Shown in pieces: positions 1 through 13,169 of a stretch of DNA of 64,000 nt. Source of the DNA: the human T2T-CHM13v2.0 reference genome, Homo sapiens. Both the position numbers and the translations under genes were made by a program. The stretch is from NCBI RefSeq assembly GCF_009914755.1, contig NC_060931.1; one strand, written 5' to 3'. The notes beneath the pieces were generated by a model, which saw nothing but the letters and a program-made list of their open reading frames with translations, searched no databases and was not told the DNA's origin. Numbering within the stretch: the stretch's first letter is position 1; each line of letters starts with the position of its first letter.

Positions 1-72
1 GTGGGGCAGTCAGGATTAAAACCCATGGTTCCTGAAGTCTGGTCCCGGGTGACTCTGTCATGTCACACTGCC
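1..72 (-). mobile_element. MIR SINE fragment (5' end)
   Basis: caggattaaaacccatggttcctgaagtc...cacactgcct resembles the reverse complement of the MIR 5' region. Confidence 0.55.
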
Positions 73-836
73 TTCCACCCAGCTTGAGTCTACAAGGAGC
101 AGCCCTGGTCAGTCCCAAAGGGGTCGGGCTTGGATAGTGATTCCATGTGGGAATGCCTTCCTAGTATTTCTTGGGAAATTGTTGTGTTTTTCAAAATCCC
201 AAGAAAAAAACTCTCAAGAAATTTTAAAGACTGGAAAAGTCTTTACAATTTGCCTGCAAGAATTAAAACATTGATTGCTAAAACACAGCAATCAATGTAG
301 AGATGTTGCTGATTTGAAGGGCTCCACTGACATCAGGTGGAAAGCAACCGAAGGAAATATGAACACACAAAGTGGAGGTTAAGGTTGACCAGCATGTCTA
401 GGAATTGAGACAGGAGCACAGGAAAGAGAAGTGGTCACTACATTATGGGTCAGTCTTGTCTATAACTGTTGCAATGTTATAAGTGAGCATTCATAGCCAT
501 AGCTGGTACTAACAGTAAGTCAAGCTTACAAATGAAATAATTATTAGTATGTCTATACAAATAGAATATTTTAAACAAATCCTAAGAGTGGTATTCCAAG
601 AAATAACAAGTTTTAGAAGCAATACAAGTTTTTTAATTGGCAATTTTGAGACATGATTCTGCATAGTGCCAAGAGATCTGAACTGTGGTATTAATCAAAT
701 ACTACCCAATAGTCTGGGCTGACATTTTACAGCATTTGAATATTTGCTATGGGAAAAAAAATTATAAATACTACTAAAAGTAAAATTTATTTGTTAAAAA
801 ATAAAACTCTTTTTAGATATCTATGGCTATGATTTC

Positions 837-1133
837 TTTTTTTTTTTTTTTTTTTGAGATGGAGTCTCGCTCTGTCACCCAGGCTGGAGTGCAGTGGTGC
901 GATCTTGGCTCACTGCAAGCTCGGCCTCCCCGGTTCACGCCATTCTGCCTCAACCTCCTGAGTAGCTGGGACCACAGCTCCCGCCACCACACCTGGCTAA
1001 TTTTTTGTATTTTTAGTAGAGACGGGGTTTCACTGTGTTAGCCAGGATGGTCTCGATCTCCTGACCTTGTGATCCGCCCGCCTCGGCCTCCCAAAGTGCT
1101 GGGATTACAAGGCATGAGCCACAGCACCTGGCC
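837..1133 (-). mobile_element. AluY SINE
   Basis: poly-T then Alu body with AluY diagnostics (cactgcaagctc, gttcacgccattct, gccaggatggtctcgatctcc); TSD atctat(g/a)gctatgatttc at 819-836 and 1136-1153. Confidence 0.95.
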
Positions 1134-1141
1134 CAATCTAT

Positions 1142-1504
1142 AGCTATGATTTCAATGTTTGTTTTCTCTCAAACTTATGTTAAAATTTAATTACCATTGT
1201 AATAGTATTAAGAGGTGAAACCTTGAAGAGGTGATTAAGCTCTACCTTCATGAATGAATTAATGCCGCCATTATACAGGATTGGGTTTCTTAAGAGAGAA
1301 TTCCTATAAAAGGATGAGTTTGGCCCCCTCTTGCTTTCTCTCACCCTCTCTTTGCCCATAGAATGATGCAGCAAGAAAGTGCTCACCAGATGCTAGCCCC
1401 TTGAACCTGGATTTCCCAAACTTCAGAATCATAAGCCAATAAATTTCTGTCCATTAAAAATTACCCAGTCTGTGGTATTCTGTAGCACAAAACAAACTAA
1501 GCCA
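1142..1504 (+). mobile_element. MaLR solo LTR, MSTD-like
   Basis: starts gctatgatttcaatgtttgt, contains ataaaaggatgagtttggccccctcttgc and ends aataaatttctg...attacccagtctgtggtattctgtagcacaaaacaaactaagcca, as in MST LTRs. Confidence 0.88.
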
Positions 1505-2375
1505 TACAAAATAATATTTAAAGAATATGAAGAGGGTTGGAAGTATTTTAAAGACAAAAACAGCTCATGATTTAAGAAATTATTGAGATTTCCTGGGAAT
1601 ATGGCTCTCTTACTTTCATATCCTATAGATTATGATCAGATAGAAATTTAGAAATACTGGGCTTAGGTCATGAGTGGGACATAGTCCCAACCAGCATGGA
1701 TTATTGTTCTAATTTAGAAACTTTCATAAAGAGAAAAAAGTAAAAGTTTTTCTTGTATTAAGTGAACTACTTAATACTGGTTTGAAATTTTGCATAAAAT
1801 ATTTTGAAGGACAAAAAGCAGAATTCACTAAGAATTCAACCAAATATTCTGCAGAAAAATAGCTGGTTAAGTGTTACCTCCCCCCAAATCATTCCATGCA
1901 TTTTCTCTCTCTGTTCATTGTGATAACTACCATTTTTGACACAAGTTTTATTGGACATTCTATTTCCAAAATGTCATAGAATATCAGCCTTTCCTCCAGG
2001 TTGAAAAAACAAAACTGCCTATCCTTGGTGGTTTCCTTTGGGACTTCAGATGTTGCTCAGACACAGTGGGCCTTCTATAATTCTAACCCAAATGTGGACG
2101 ATGGGAAAGTTTAACTTTTTAAAGGTCAAAACATGCAATATATCCCTACTAATAACTATTCTTACTGAAACCACATTCAATCTGGTAATAATTTTATTTA
2201 ACTGAACGATTGTTCACATCTAGAAAACAAAGAACTAGGATGGAGGAGAATATTTATTACTTTAAACAAATTCGTATGAATAACAAAAAGATTGAGATGA
2301 AATATTTCATTTGGATGAAAAGTAATAGAGAAAAATCTGCTATCTCAAAGCCTGATGAGGAAGATTGTGCCCTAA

Positions 2376-2751
<376 letters not shown>

Positions 2752-3199
2752 CTACTTGGGTATGCATTCTTAATCCAGAGCTGCAAATAAATGGTTCTTT
2801 CCAAACCTATTAATTATTTATCATGACAATTTGTTTCTTAAAAATCCAACAAACTCTGGAACTGTGAGAATATACCCTTGTCAAGTAGACATTTATTTTT
2901 TAAAAAATATTTTTACATGATGCCACATGGTACCAAAAGCAGGTATAGGGGTAAAAATAAAGTCCTTTAGTTAGAAAAGGAGCAGAGTCACATTGCTTTT
3001 TGGTATTCTATATCCAGATCTTCAGTTTGATAAATCCCTTTTATGGCTCTCAATGTACACATTTTCAGAAGACTCAGAAGCCTTCAGAAAAAAACCAAAG
3101 CAACATTATATTTCATGAAAGTTCTCCTCTGCTAAACAAGAAATGGAAGAAGTGAAAAACAATAAACAAAAGGAAAAGTTAACATCTCATGAATATCTT

Positions 3200-3950
3200 T
3201 ATAGTGTGGTTAATATTTTTAATATATAATGAGTTTTTAAAAATCAATAAGAAAAAAATAACTCAAGTTTTTTTAAATAAGGCAGAAACTGTATAGGCAA
3301 TTCATGAAAGAAGAAACAAATGTACAACAAACACAAAGTCATGTTCAACACAACTAACAAGTCAATAAAAAAAAACCTAAAATAATGTGTCATTTTTTAC
3401 ATATCAGATTAGCAAAACTTATAAAGAATGGTAATACTTTATGAATAAAAATGTATGGGTGGGGTGGGAAAGGCACTCTAAAGAGTGATACCATGTTTCT
3501 GGGCAAAAATTACCCAAATATACCAAAACCTTTTAAAGTTGCAATTTTTTGCCAGGATTTTAAAAAAAATTTTTTCTAAGGAAACAATTAGACAAGGAGA
3601 CAAAGAAATAGTTACAGAACGTTTCTTGCAGCCTTGTTTATAATAGCAAAATATTAGAAACAGCCAAAGTATCTAATAATAATGAATTTTTTTAAATAAA
3701 TCATGGTAATCCATATAACAAATTGGCCTAAAAAGAAGTGTGCAAGCCACAGTACAATAAAGATATTCTGATTTCATTCCTGTAAACACATATGTGTGGA
3801 TATGGGTATCTAGATGCAATAAAAGACTCAGGAAATAAAATGTATATACCAACAAATATTTCTTGAGTGAATGAGTCAATGAATATGGTAACAGTGATTA
3901 TCTCCAGGTATCAGTATTATGGATGATTGTGTATGTTTTGCTGATTTACA
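3200..3950 (+). mobile_element. old L1 (L1M/L1ME-type) ORF2-end and 3' fragment
   Basis: A-rich, degenerate L1 motifs (aaatcaataagaaaa, ggcaattcatgaaagaagaa, atcagattagcaaaa, gccttgtttataatagcaaaa, aacagtgattatctc); boundaries approximate. Confidence 0.7.
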
Positions 3951-3955
3951 TTTTG

Positions 3956-4071
3956 TTTCCTTCTTTCCTTCCTTCCTTCCTTCTCTTTCTTTCTTCCTTC
4001 CTTTCTTCCTTTTCTTTCTTTCTTTTCTCTTCTTTTTCTTTCTTTCTTTTTCTCTCTTTTCTCTCCTTTTT
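3956..4071. repeat. (CTTT/CCTT)n polypyrimidine low-complexity tract
   Basis: about 116 nt containing only C and T on the + strand. Confidence 0.95.
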
Positions 4072-4384
4072 GATCCCATTCTTCCTTGCTTTCAACCTAC
4101 ACTGGCTTTCTCAGCCATGTATGAACTTCTCTCTCCCTTCACCTACATGGTAAAATGTAAAAAGTCTTATATTCTACTCAAAAGGAAGATATTGCTGACT
4201 TGAGTACAACTTTTTTGAAGCAATATAGATGCCTTGCATTCACCCTTAGGTTGTATGATAACAGGAAAACCAAATGAAGCCAAAAATCCAGAGCATGTGT
4301 TAAAAATCAGATTTCATCATTAACAAATATCATCATAACTAAAATTCAGATAACTAAAGGTTTCCACCATATGGCTAGAGCAAA

Positions 4385-4770
4385 GTTTATTCTATACCTA
4401 TCACTGTGCAGAACCACAAAAAGCACTGAGAATACAGAAAGGAACAAAAAACAGTTTCTAAACTCTAGAAAGTCACAATCCCAAGGGGTAATCGAATGTG
4501 CCAATGTTAGTCTTAATTTAAACAAAGCTCCTCATGAGTAACCAGTTCTGCCTGAGGACACAGAAAAGGTAGGGAAGAACTTAAAGGTGGAATTTAGAAA
4601 GTGAGTATGCATTCCTCAGGTATAAAAAGACTGGAAGGGCATTTCAAGTAAACAGACTAGCCAGCAAAAAGATAAGGAAGCAGAAAAGTTCCTGCAATAG
4701 TAGGTGTGGCAAAAGTTCTAGCTCTGCAGAAGAATTTGGAAGTAAAGGTGGAAAGTGCATTTGGCCTGAA
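4385..4770 (-). mobile_element. L2 LINE fragment
   Basis: degenerate L2 3' region in reverse (gcactgagaatacagaaaggaacaaaaaacagtttct...ctctagaaagtcacaatc; ggaagggcatttcaag). Confidence 0.55.
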
Positions 4771-5572
4771 TGACAATTAACAGTTACCTGGATAGTTCAG
4801 TTTGCATGTGGCTGAGTTTTACAGATTCAAAGACCCCTACATTTAAATGATAGTGTCTCAAACTATTAATAGGTCCTTGTTCAGCTATAGTGGCAGGCAA
4901 TTGCCTTTGTTCATTAAAGTGGAATATTTTTGTTTTCCTTGCCAAGAAAGGAGTGATTTCACTTTTGTCTTTTTTCCCTTTCAGTTCTTTCCATTTATGT
5001 TTTTCAGACACAGAGACACACCCGTTAAGCCAGGGTTTCAATGAAAGAAAACTAGCCAATCCAGTTATGACATCGTCACTGGTGGTGTTAATATGGAGAC
5101 AGTTGCCTTCTTGTTACTCAATAGGGTGAGACTTTGAAAAAGGCTTGGGCATGTGCGTGGAGCCAGTGTGTCTGGCTTCAGCCACCTCCTTCTCTCGCAT
5201 TGCCAAAGAAATAGAAGCAAAGAAACCATCTCCTTATTGTTCTCTTGCATAAATAGGCCAGCTGCCCATAGGGGGAGGGTAGCGTCTAGGCATTTTATGT
5301 GACCTGCTATGGAAGGGTGGGGTTACCGTCTCAAAATTCCTGCTCCTGAAAGTGGGGGAAAGGGCCACTTCCAACTAACTAAAGTAAAAGTACTGACCTG
5401 CAAGCCTGCTGACTTCTGTTAATAAGAAAGAATGCTAGAACATTTGCTGCTAGCAAGGACAACTGCAGAAAATGCAGTTCAGACCGTCATAGGAGACTTG
5501 AAGATTGGCAGCTCCTCACCATGCTGTTCAGCATCAAAAGGCCACCCTCTACCTTTTTTTTTTTTTGACCAG

Positions 5573-5682
5573 ATACACACAATTGAGCCCTTCTGAATCT
5601 GGCATCACAGACGTTGAGACATACTTTTGCAGAGCAGTTTATGATGACATTTATGAGCTATGCCTCACAGTCATCTCTCAAG
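5573..5682 (+). other. candidate 110-nt exon, probably non-coding
   Basis: acceptor ccctctacc-(T-run)-gaccag| and donor CAAG|GTGAGT; no recognisable protein. Confidence 0.4.
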
Positions 5683-6764
5683 GTGAGTGAAGGCAATCCA
5701 ACATACGGGGAAACTGAAGTGTTGGGAGCCCCAGTGCAGGCCCTGGCAAGTTGAAGCCTCAAGAGATGGAGTGACAAACCAACAAACTGTTCAAACCAAG
5801 AAATTTAATTCTTGAATGGAGATTGTCTCTTTTTGAGTGGGAAAGGGAAAGTATAGTTAGGGAGACAAGTTGGATAAAGATAAGTTTCAGGGGAATAAAT
5901 ACAGGGGGCAAATCTAAATTAAACCTATCTTTGGTATGCAGCCAACTCAAAGCATGAATAAGGGGATCCTAGGAATATTACAAAAGAGCAATATCCTATT
6001 CCACTAAAAAGGAAGCTGTTTCTCCCAAAACTGAAAGGCAAAAGTAATTTCAAAGATACTAGACACATAGACTAAATTCAATGTCAGCCAAAGAAACAGC
6101 AGAAGTTCAAGGTTAAATCATACCATGAAACAGCCAAATGTGTACCTGGGGGCTACATGGATGAGCTATACATTGTCCCGGTAGGTTTAAATGGTGGAAT
6201 CTTTGTCAATGGCCTGACATCATGGAGTCTTCTGCATAACCCTTTGGCTCAGAAAGCATAGATACAGAATTTACTCTCTTTAAAGTATCATATCTCATTA
6301 CTACCATAGAAGATTCTAGGTAAAAATCTAGTTTTCCATGAAAAACTTTTAAATATTTATTAAACTCCCCCAGTGAGGTGATTGTTTTTAAACAAATTAT
6401 CTTCAGAGGTGGAATAAGCAAACCTCTGAAGCAAAGGTTAAGAGGCTTCATTTTACCTTTTTTATAAGGACATTTTTAACAGCAACTTTTTTTGTTTTTA
6501 AAATCTTAGTTCAATCTTATTTGCCATCAGTGAGATATAAAAAGGTTGCACAGCATTGGGGGAAAAAAAAATTGACTACCTTGTCAAAAAGGAGGTCATA
6601 TCTCACCATGCTAACTGCAGTCAAGAACTCATTTCAAGTGCTGGGATTCTACTTTTCGGATCTTAGCTCATGTTGTTTCTATTGTGAATGTAGCCTACTC
6701 AAAGCCGTTTTCTTTCTGTTTAGCTTTATTAAGTTTTGCTTTTGTCCCGGGCTTTGGAGGCATG

Positions 6765-6894
6765 GTCTGAGAAGTCGGGCTGACCTGAATTTGGATCCCA
6801 GCTCCCAAGTTACAAGCTGGAGAGCTGGAACTTTCCTCCTTTTCTCTCTTTGATCTCTCAGAGCTTTCCTATCTTTATTAAAAATGGCATAAGT
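6765..6894 (+). mobile_element. MIR fragment
   Basis: gacctgaatttggatcccagctc...ctcagagctttcctatct...aaaatggcataa. Confidence 0.6.
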
Positions 6895-7320
<426 letters not shown>

Positions 7321-7349
7321 TTAAAGCAAATAATAAATGATGAATTGCA

Positions 7350-8041
7350 CCATGATTCATCCAGCTGCCAAAAAAGAAACTTGGACACCATCCTTGACTT
7401 CTCCTCCTTTCTCCTATACACAAACAACTGGTCATCAAGTCTTATCAACCCCTTCCTCTCTATTCTCATTTCCACTGCTTCATCTCAGATTATCAGGCTC
7501 CCATGTCTAGCCTCACCCTGTCCTAATGTGTTCCCTTTGCTGCCACTATATTATGCTTCCTCAGCCAAAAATATGATGCTGTCATTGCCTGCTTTGACTC
7601 CAGTATCTCCTGCTGCATCTGGGGAAAAAGTCAAGGCAACTTATTACCTGGTTCCAGCACACCTGCCTCTCCAGTCTCATCTTTGGCTCCTCCCCCTATC
7701 CCGACCCCTTTCTATCCTTTCTCTAGCTCTCTCTGCCCAACCATACTACACTATTTTGCAGCAGTAAATACGAGAATCAGAATTATTTAAGATTTAGTTT
7801 AAGTGCCACCTCTTCTTGGAAATTTTTGTAAACTCACCCTCTCATCCCACCTAGTCTGAGTTGAGAGCTTCTTCCAAAGTCTCCCAAGCACCTTTCATCA
7901 TAGCACATGTTTCTCTGGGTAGTAATTATCTGTGGGCTTCTTAAGGATAAGGACTGTCTTTTCGGTCTTTGTAACCTCAACAGCTAGCACAGTACTTTGC
8001 ATGAAGGATGTGCTTCATGACTGAATGAAAAAATGAATGAA
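7350..8041 (+). mobile_element. L2 LINE 3' fragment
   Basis: aaacttggacaccatccttgacttctcc ... tagcacagtactttgca...tgaatgaaaaaatgaatgaa (L2 terminus). Confidence 0.75.
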
Positions 8042-8153
8042 CTCATACACCTAGAATAGTATTAGATGCATTGGAGGCATTCCATAAGAGCTAGTTGGGT
8101 TTCCTTTCCTTCTTTCTCAGATCAAGTCCAGAATCAAGAGATTTCTGAAATGG

Positions 8154-8480
8154 GGCTGGGCACGGTGGCTCACACCTGTAATCCCAGCACTTTGGGATGC
8201 TGATGCGGGTGGATCACTTGAGGCCTGGAGTTTGAGACCAGCCTAGCCAACATGGTGAAACCCCCATCTCTACTAAAAATACAAAAAGTAGTCAGGCATG
8301 GTGGCAGGCGCCTGTACTCCCAGCTACTCAGAAAGCTGAGGCAGGAGAATCACTTGAACCCAGGAGGCAGAGGCTGCAGTGAGCTTAGATCGCTCCATTG
8401 TACTCCAGCCTGGGCGACAGAGTGACACTCTCAAAAAAAAAAAAGAAAGAAAGAAAAAGAAAGAAGGAGAGAGAGAGAGA
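8154..8480 (+). mobile_element. AluS (Sx/Sz-like) SINE
   Basis: full Alu with an A/GA tail; TSD agagatttctgaa(a/c)tgg on both sides. Confidence 0.94.
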
Positions 8481-8605
8481 GAGATTTCTGAACTGGTAAT
8501 TGTTTTGCAAGGACTTCTGTGAGGTGTGAGGTGAAGTTTTATCTTTCTTCTATACATCCCAGGACATAACTGACTACTTTCCATTCTTTTTTCTTCTCAC
8601 CTCCC

Positions 8606-8633
8606 CACACACACACACACACACACACACACA
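8606..8633. repeat. (CA)n microsatellite
   Basis: direct reading. Confidence 0.95.
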
Positions 8634-8719
8634 ACCCACATTCCCCCCTATATTCCACAGAAGTATCACTAGCATCTCGGAAGGGTCCCTTGAACTAATC
8701 TGCCCTTCCATGGCACCTC

Positions 8720-8893
8720 TAGACATTTGGACCCTTGGATTTATGTAGAGTCACTTGGGGAGCTTTTTAAGACACAGATGTCTGTGCCTCACCCCCATAC
8801 CCTAGCAAGTGTAGGGTGGAACACAATGGTTATAGTTTTCAAAAGCAATCCCCAAAGTAATCCAGCAGATCTTCCAGGGTTGGGAACTACTGC
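8720..8893. mobile_element. MER5-type hAT-Charlie DNA transposon fragment
   Basis: agagtcacttggggagctttttaagacacagatgtctgtgcctcacccc ... ccagggttgggaactactgct. Confidence 0.65.
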
Positions 8894-10894
8894 TCACAGG
8901 TCAAACTTTTAGTTCCAAAGGACAAAAAGAAATACTATTCAATCTGTGACCCCTTCCCAAGAGCCAGCTCAACAGTAACCCAAGCATGCTGTTGTTGCCA
9001 GGGGGAGAAACAAAAAAGAAAGTTTGTATTTTTATTTATATACTGATTTATACTTGTGTTGCTCCATAACTGTTTAGGGTGCCCTAGGGCAATAGTATTC
9101 TCTCTGTCAACAAATGGAAAACTATGAAACCTCACAAAATTTATATCCATCAGATAACAAGTCCTTCCTAATTTAAAGAATTTGTTTCCTGTGATTTTGA
9201 AGGGGGTTCTTCTGCAATATTGAGTCTCCCTTTCCTGACATTCCTCAGAAAGCTGCGCAACTTTGGGGCTCATGATCCTCCAAGGAAACTCGGGCATTTC
9301 TCTTGCTGTCAGTTTGCATTTCCAATGATGTCCCTTATACTGATACAATGCCATTCAGGCAAAAGTACTGTGGCAAGAAGAGGGAAAGGTACTAGAACTA
9401 ATAGTTTTTTTGTTGGTTTTTGGCAGGTTTTTTGTTTTTGTTTTGTTTTGTTTTGTTTGGGTTTTTTTGTGTGTGGGTTTTTTTTTTAACGTCAGTTAGA
9501 TTTGGCACCTACCTGTTCTTTTTAGCTTACAGCAGCTCAAAATAAATTAGTATTTATTTTTTAAAATAACTAAAACAGTTTGGGGTTTCTCCCACTTGCA
9601 GTCTGAAAATCATCTCTAATTTTCTGCCTGAACACTCAAGAAAGGGTTAAGTTTCTAGTATTTTTCATTTCTCCATTTATTTCACTTCCAGGGTCTTTCT
9701 TCAAGGGAGTAAAGGGAGAATGTAGTTTTACTTCAGTTGTATTACATTCAGAAATCCCAAACAATGTTGGCTCCTGCCTCATTATTTCTTTATTTTCTCT
9801 GGAGGGAACAATTTGGAAAAGGAAAAGATGAGAAATCTCCAAGAAATTAAGCTTCTTAGCTCTTTTTTCTTCCTTTTGATGCTACCAGCCTGAGTTTGCC
9901 ACTGTGATTTTCACAGTTCAGTAGGAAGACCTCCACCTATACCATCCTACCCTTGACTCTTTCTTGGAATTCCCAAGTCCATGGGATTTTGGATTGTTCT
10001 TCTTGCAGAGTAACCAGGAATCCTAATCACACCACTCGGGAAAGGAGTTCATTTCCTCCATCGCTGCATATTAATAGAGAAGCAGGAGCTACATGATGTA
10101 GACCCTGGAAAGGCCTTCCTTGGCTTGGAAATCCTTTATTGTAAGTGGGTTCAGGACTCTTTTATTTTTTCCCCATTCTGACAGTGACCAACAGCAATAT
10201 GCATGAGCCGATGGGACTTTTCTCAGAGCACACCATTCTTGGTATAACAAAGCCCTAACAAGAAAAATAATATACCAGTTCTTGAATCTTCCCCACACCA
10301 GTTACATAGCTGGTGGACTGTTCGGTCTAAATCCTTCCACTCCTAACAATAACACTGTAGCCCTAGGGGAGAATCCCTCTACAACTGCACAAATCAATCC
10401 CCTGCAGCCCTCCTTAAGACACGGCTACCAGAAGAAATTCTTGGAGCCACTACTCTGCTATTTTCCTACGAGGCCATTTTTCCTTGATATGCCAATAGTT
10501 CCCAAACTGACGTGAGTGTGTAGGGAAATATCCTCCCCTGACAGCATCACACCCTATTATTAGGCCACAAAACAGTGCTGCCTTGTAACTTGATTTTTTA
10601 TTAGCCCTACTATTTTTCCAGCCCTATCTCCTAGGACACTTGCCTTGGTCCAAAGTGGGAGGGGTCAGAAGCAATAAGGGTGCCAGCTTCCTTTGCCGCA
10701 CTTGTTTTAGACATTTCTCCCCAAGATGAGTTACTTTGTCATTTAGAACACCGTAGCGAGGCTTGAGGGTGACCCTTAGCCCCTAGCAATTTAAGACTGG
10801 GAGGCTGAGGATCAGCTAGGTAGCTCTACCCAGCCATTTCTCCTCCCCATGAAAGAGTTTTGGGTCTTAGGAAGACTACTCATGGGAATATATA

Positions 10895-12094
10895 CAGTCA
10901 CATGCCGCATAACAATGTTTTGGTCAACAACAGGCTGATATATGATGGTGGGCCCATAGGACTATAATAGAGCTGAAAAATTCTTGTCGCCTAGGGACGT
11001 GGTAGCTGTCGTAATGTCTCAGCGCAATGCATTACATGCATGTTTGTGGTGATGCTGGTGTAAATAAACCTACTGTGCTGCCAGTCATAGCACATGCAAT
11101 TATGTACAGTACATAATACTTGATAATGATAATAAATGACTATGCTATTGGTTAATGTATTTACCACACTGCCCTTTTTATTGTTATTTTAGAGTGTACT
11201 TCCTCTACTTATTAAGAAAGAAATCAACAGTAAAATAGCCTCAGGCAGGCCCTTCAGGAGGTATTCCAGAAGAAGGCATAGTTGTCTTAGGCAGTAACAG
11301 CTACATGCATGTTATTGCCCCTGAATTCCTTCCAGTGGGACAAGATGTGGAGGTAGAAGACAGTGATATTTATAATCCTGACTCTATGCAGGCCTAGGCT
11401 AATGTGTGTGTATGTGTGTCTTCATTTTCAACAAAAAAGTTTGAAAAGTAAAAAAAAAAAAATTAAAAATTTTAAAAATAAAAAAGTTTATGGAATAAAG
11501 ATACAAAAAAATTTTTTGCACAGTTGTACAGTGTGTGTTTTAATCTGTGTTATTATGAAAGAGTCATGCTTAAGAATTGTTAAAGTTTATAAAGTAAAAA
11601 TGTTATAGTAAGCTAAGGTTAATTTATTATTGAAGAAAGAAAATTTTATAAATAAATTTAGTGTAGCTTAAGTGTACAGTATTTACAAAGTCTATAGTAA
11701 TATATAATAATGTCCTAGGCCTTCACATTCACTCACCACTCATTCACCAACTCACCCAGAGCAACTTCAGGCCTGCAAGCTTCATTCATAGTAAGTACCC
11801 ATATGGGTGTACCATTTTTTATCTTTTGTACCATATTTTTACTGTGCCTTTTCTATGTTTGGATACACAAATACTTACCATTGTGTTACAATAGCTTACA
11901 GTATTCAGTATAGTGGCATGCTATATAGGTTTCTAGCCTAGGAGCAATAGACTATATACCATCTAGCCTAGGTTTGTAGTTGGCTACCCCATCTATGTTC
12001 GTGTAAGTACAATCTATGATGTTTGCATAGCAGTGAACTCACCAGAGGATGCCTTTCTCAGAACGTATCCTGATCAATAAACAACATATGGCTG
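10895..12094 (+). mobile_element. Tigger3b non-autonomous TcMar-Tigger DNA transposon, full length
   Basis: starts TA|cagtcacatgccgcataacaatg, ends acaacatatggctg|TA; internal gtgatgctggtgtaaataaacctactg and ccttcaggaggtattccagaagaagg; about 1.2 kb. Confidence 0.9.
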
Positions 12095-12190
12095 TATCTG
12101 AATTTGTGGTAGGCATACAGCTCAGGTCTTCATCCTGTGGTTTCCTTCATTCTACTCCCCACTTCACCATTTACAACAAAAATAATAACT

Positions 12191-12670
12191 TCATTCATTC
12201 ATTCATTCATTCAACAAATATTTTGTGAGTCCTTAGTATATGTCAACCACTGTTCTAGGTGCTGGGGCTGTGTCAGAGAACCAAACATTAAAAATCTTTG
12301 CCCTCATAGAGCTTCATCCTAGTGAGATAAACAATAAAAAAAGTGCAAAAGTAAATGACATAGTAGTTTAGAATGCATAGACCTGTTTGAGGGGGAACAG
12401 GAGTGAGGGCTGATGTGGGGAGCTGGGTGCAATTTAAATAAAATGGTCAGAGTAGACTTACTAAGAAGGTGGCATTCCAGCAGCACTAGAATGAAGTGAG
12501 TGAGTTAGCCTATGGGAGAAGAGCAAAATACTTAAGCCAGTGAAAAATACTTAAGGAGGCATGTTCTATAAGTGGAAATGAGACCAATATGTATGGAGTA
12601 AGAGTGGGGAAGGCAAAGAGGGAACAGGAGCCAGATTAGATGGGGCATTCGATGCCATTACCAGGCCCAG
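12191..12670 (-). mobile_element. L2 LINE 3' fragment
   Basis: (ttca)n-caacaaatatttt...tgttctaggtgctgggg...tgccctcatagagctt. Confidence 0.8.
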
Positions 12671-13169
12671 GGCATTTGTTGTTTGCAAAATATATTCCCA
12701 TCCTCTAATTGCCTCAACCTTGTAAAATGAATTCCATAGTAGAAATAATGGAATAATGGACTCATAGATGATCCAGAACTCTTTTTAGCCAATAGTGTCA
12801 ATGAAAGCTATGTCCAAACAGTGGTGTATAAATAATGCTGATAAAGGTAATTTGACATTTATCTCTTTTTCCATTCTACCCCTCCTATCAGAACCCTAAA
12901 TGGCCCACTGGCAGAATGTCCACCCCATAGAGCTAATGTTTCACTCTAGTTCTGGAGAATTGGCTGCAATTCTGAGGCCATGCTGAGATGAAATTTCATG
13001 GGACAATTTTGATCATTTAAAAAATAAAGTTTTACATATGTAGACTTTTAGTTTGCTATAGAAGAATAATGCCTCCAGAGAAACAAAAGGCCCTAGCTAG
13101 CAGTAGCTATTAACAGCACTTGACAACTTGGAGAAGCCGAGAAGATATGAAGCCAGAGCCTACAGCCAA

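Noticed and set aside
3876-4203. K/R/E-rich and F/L/S-rich ORFs
   Set aside because: Translations of the CT low-complexity tract
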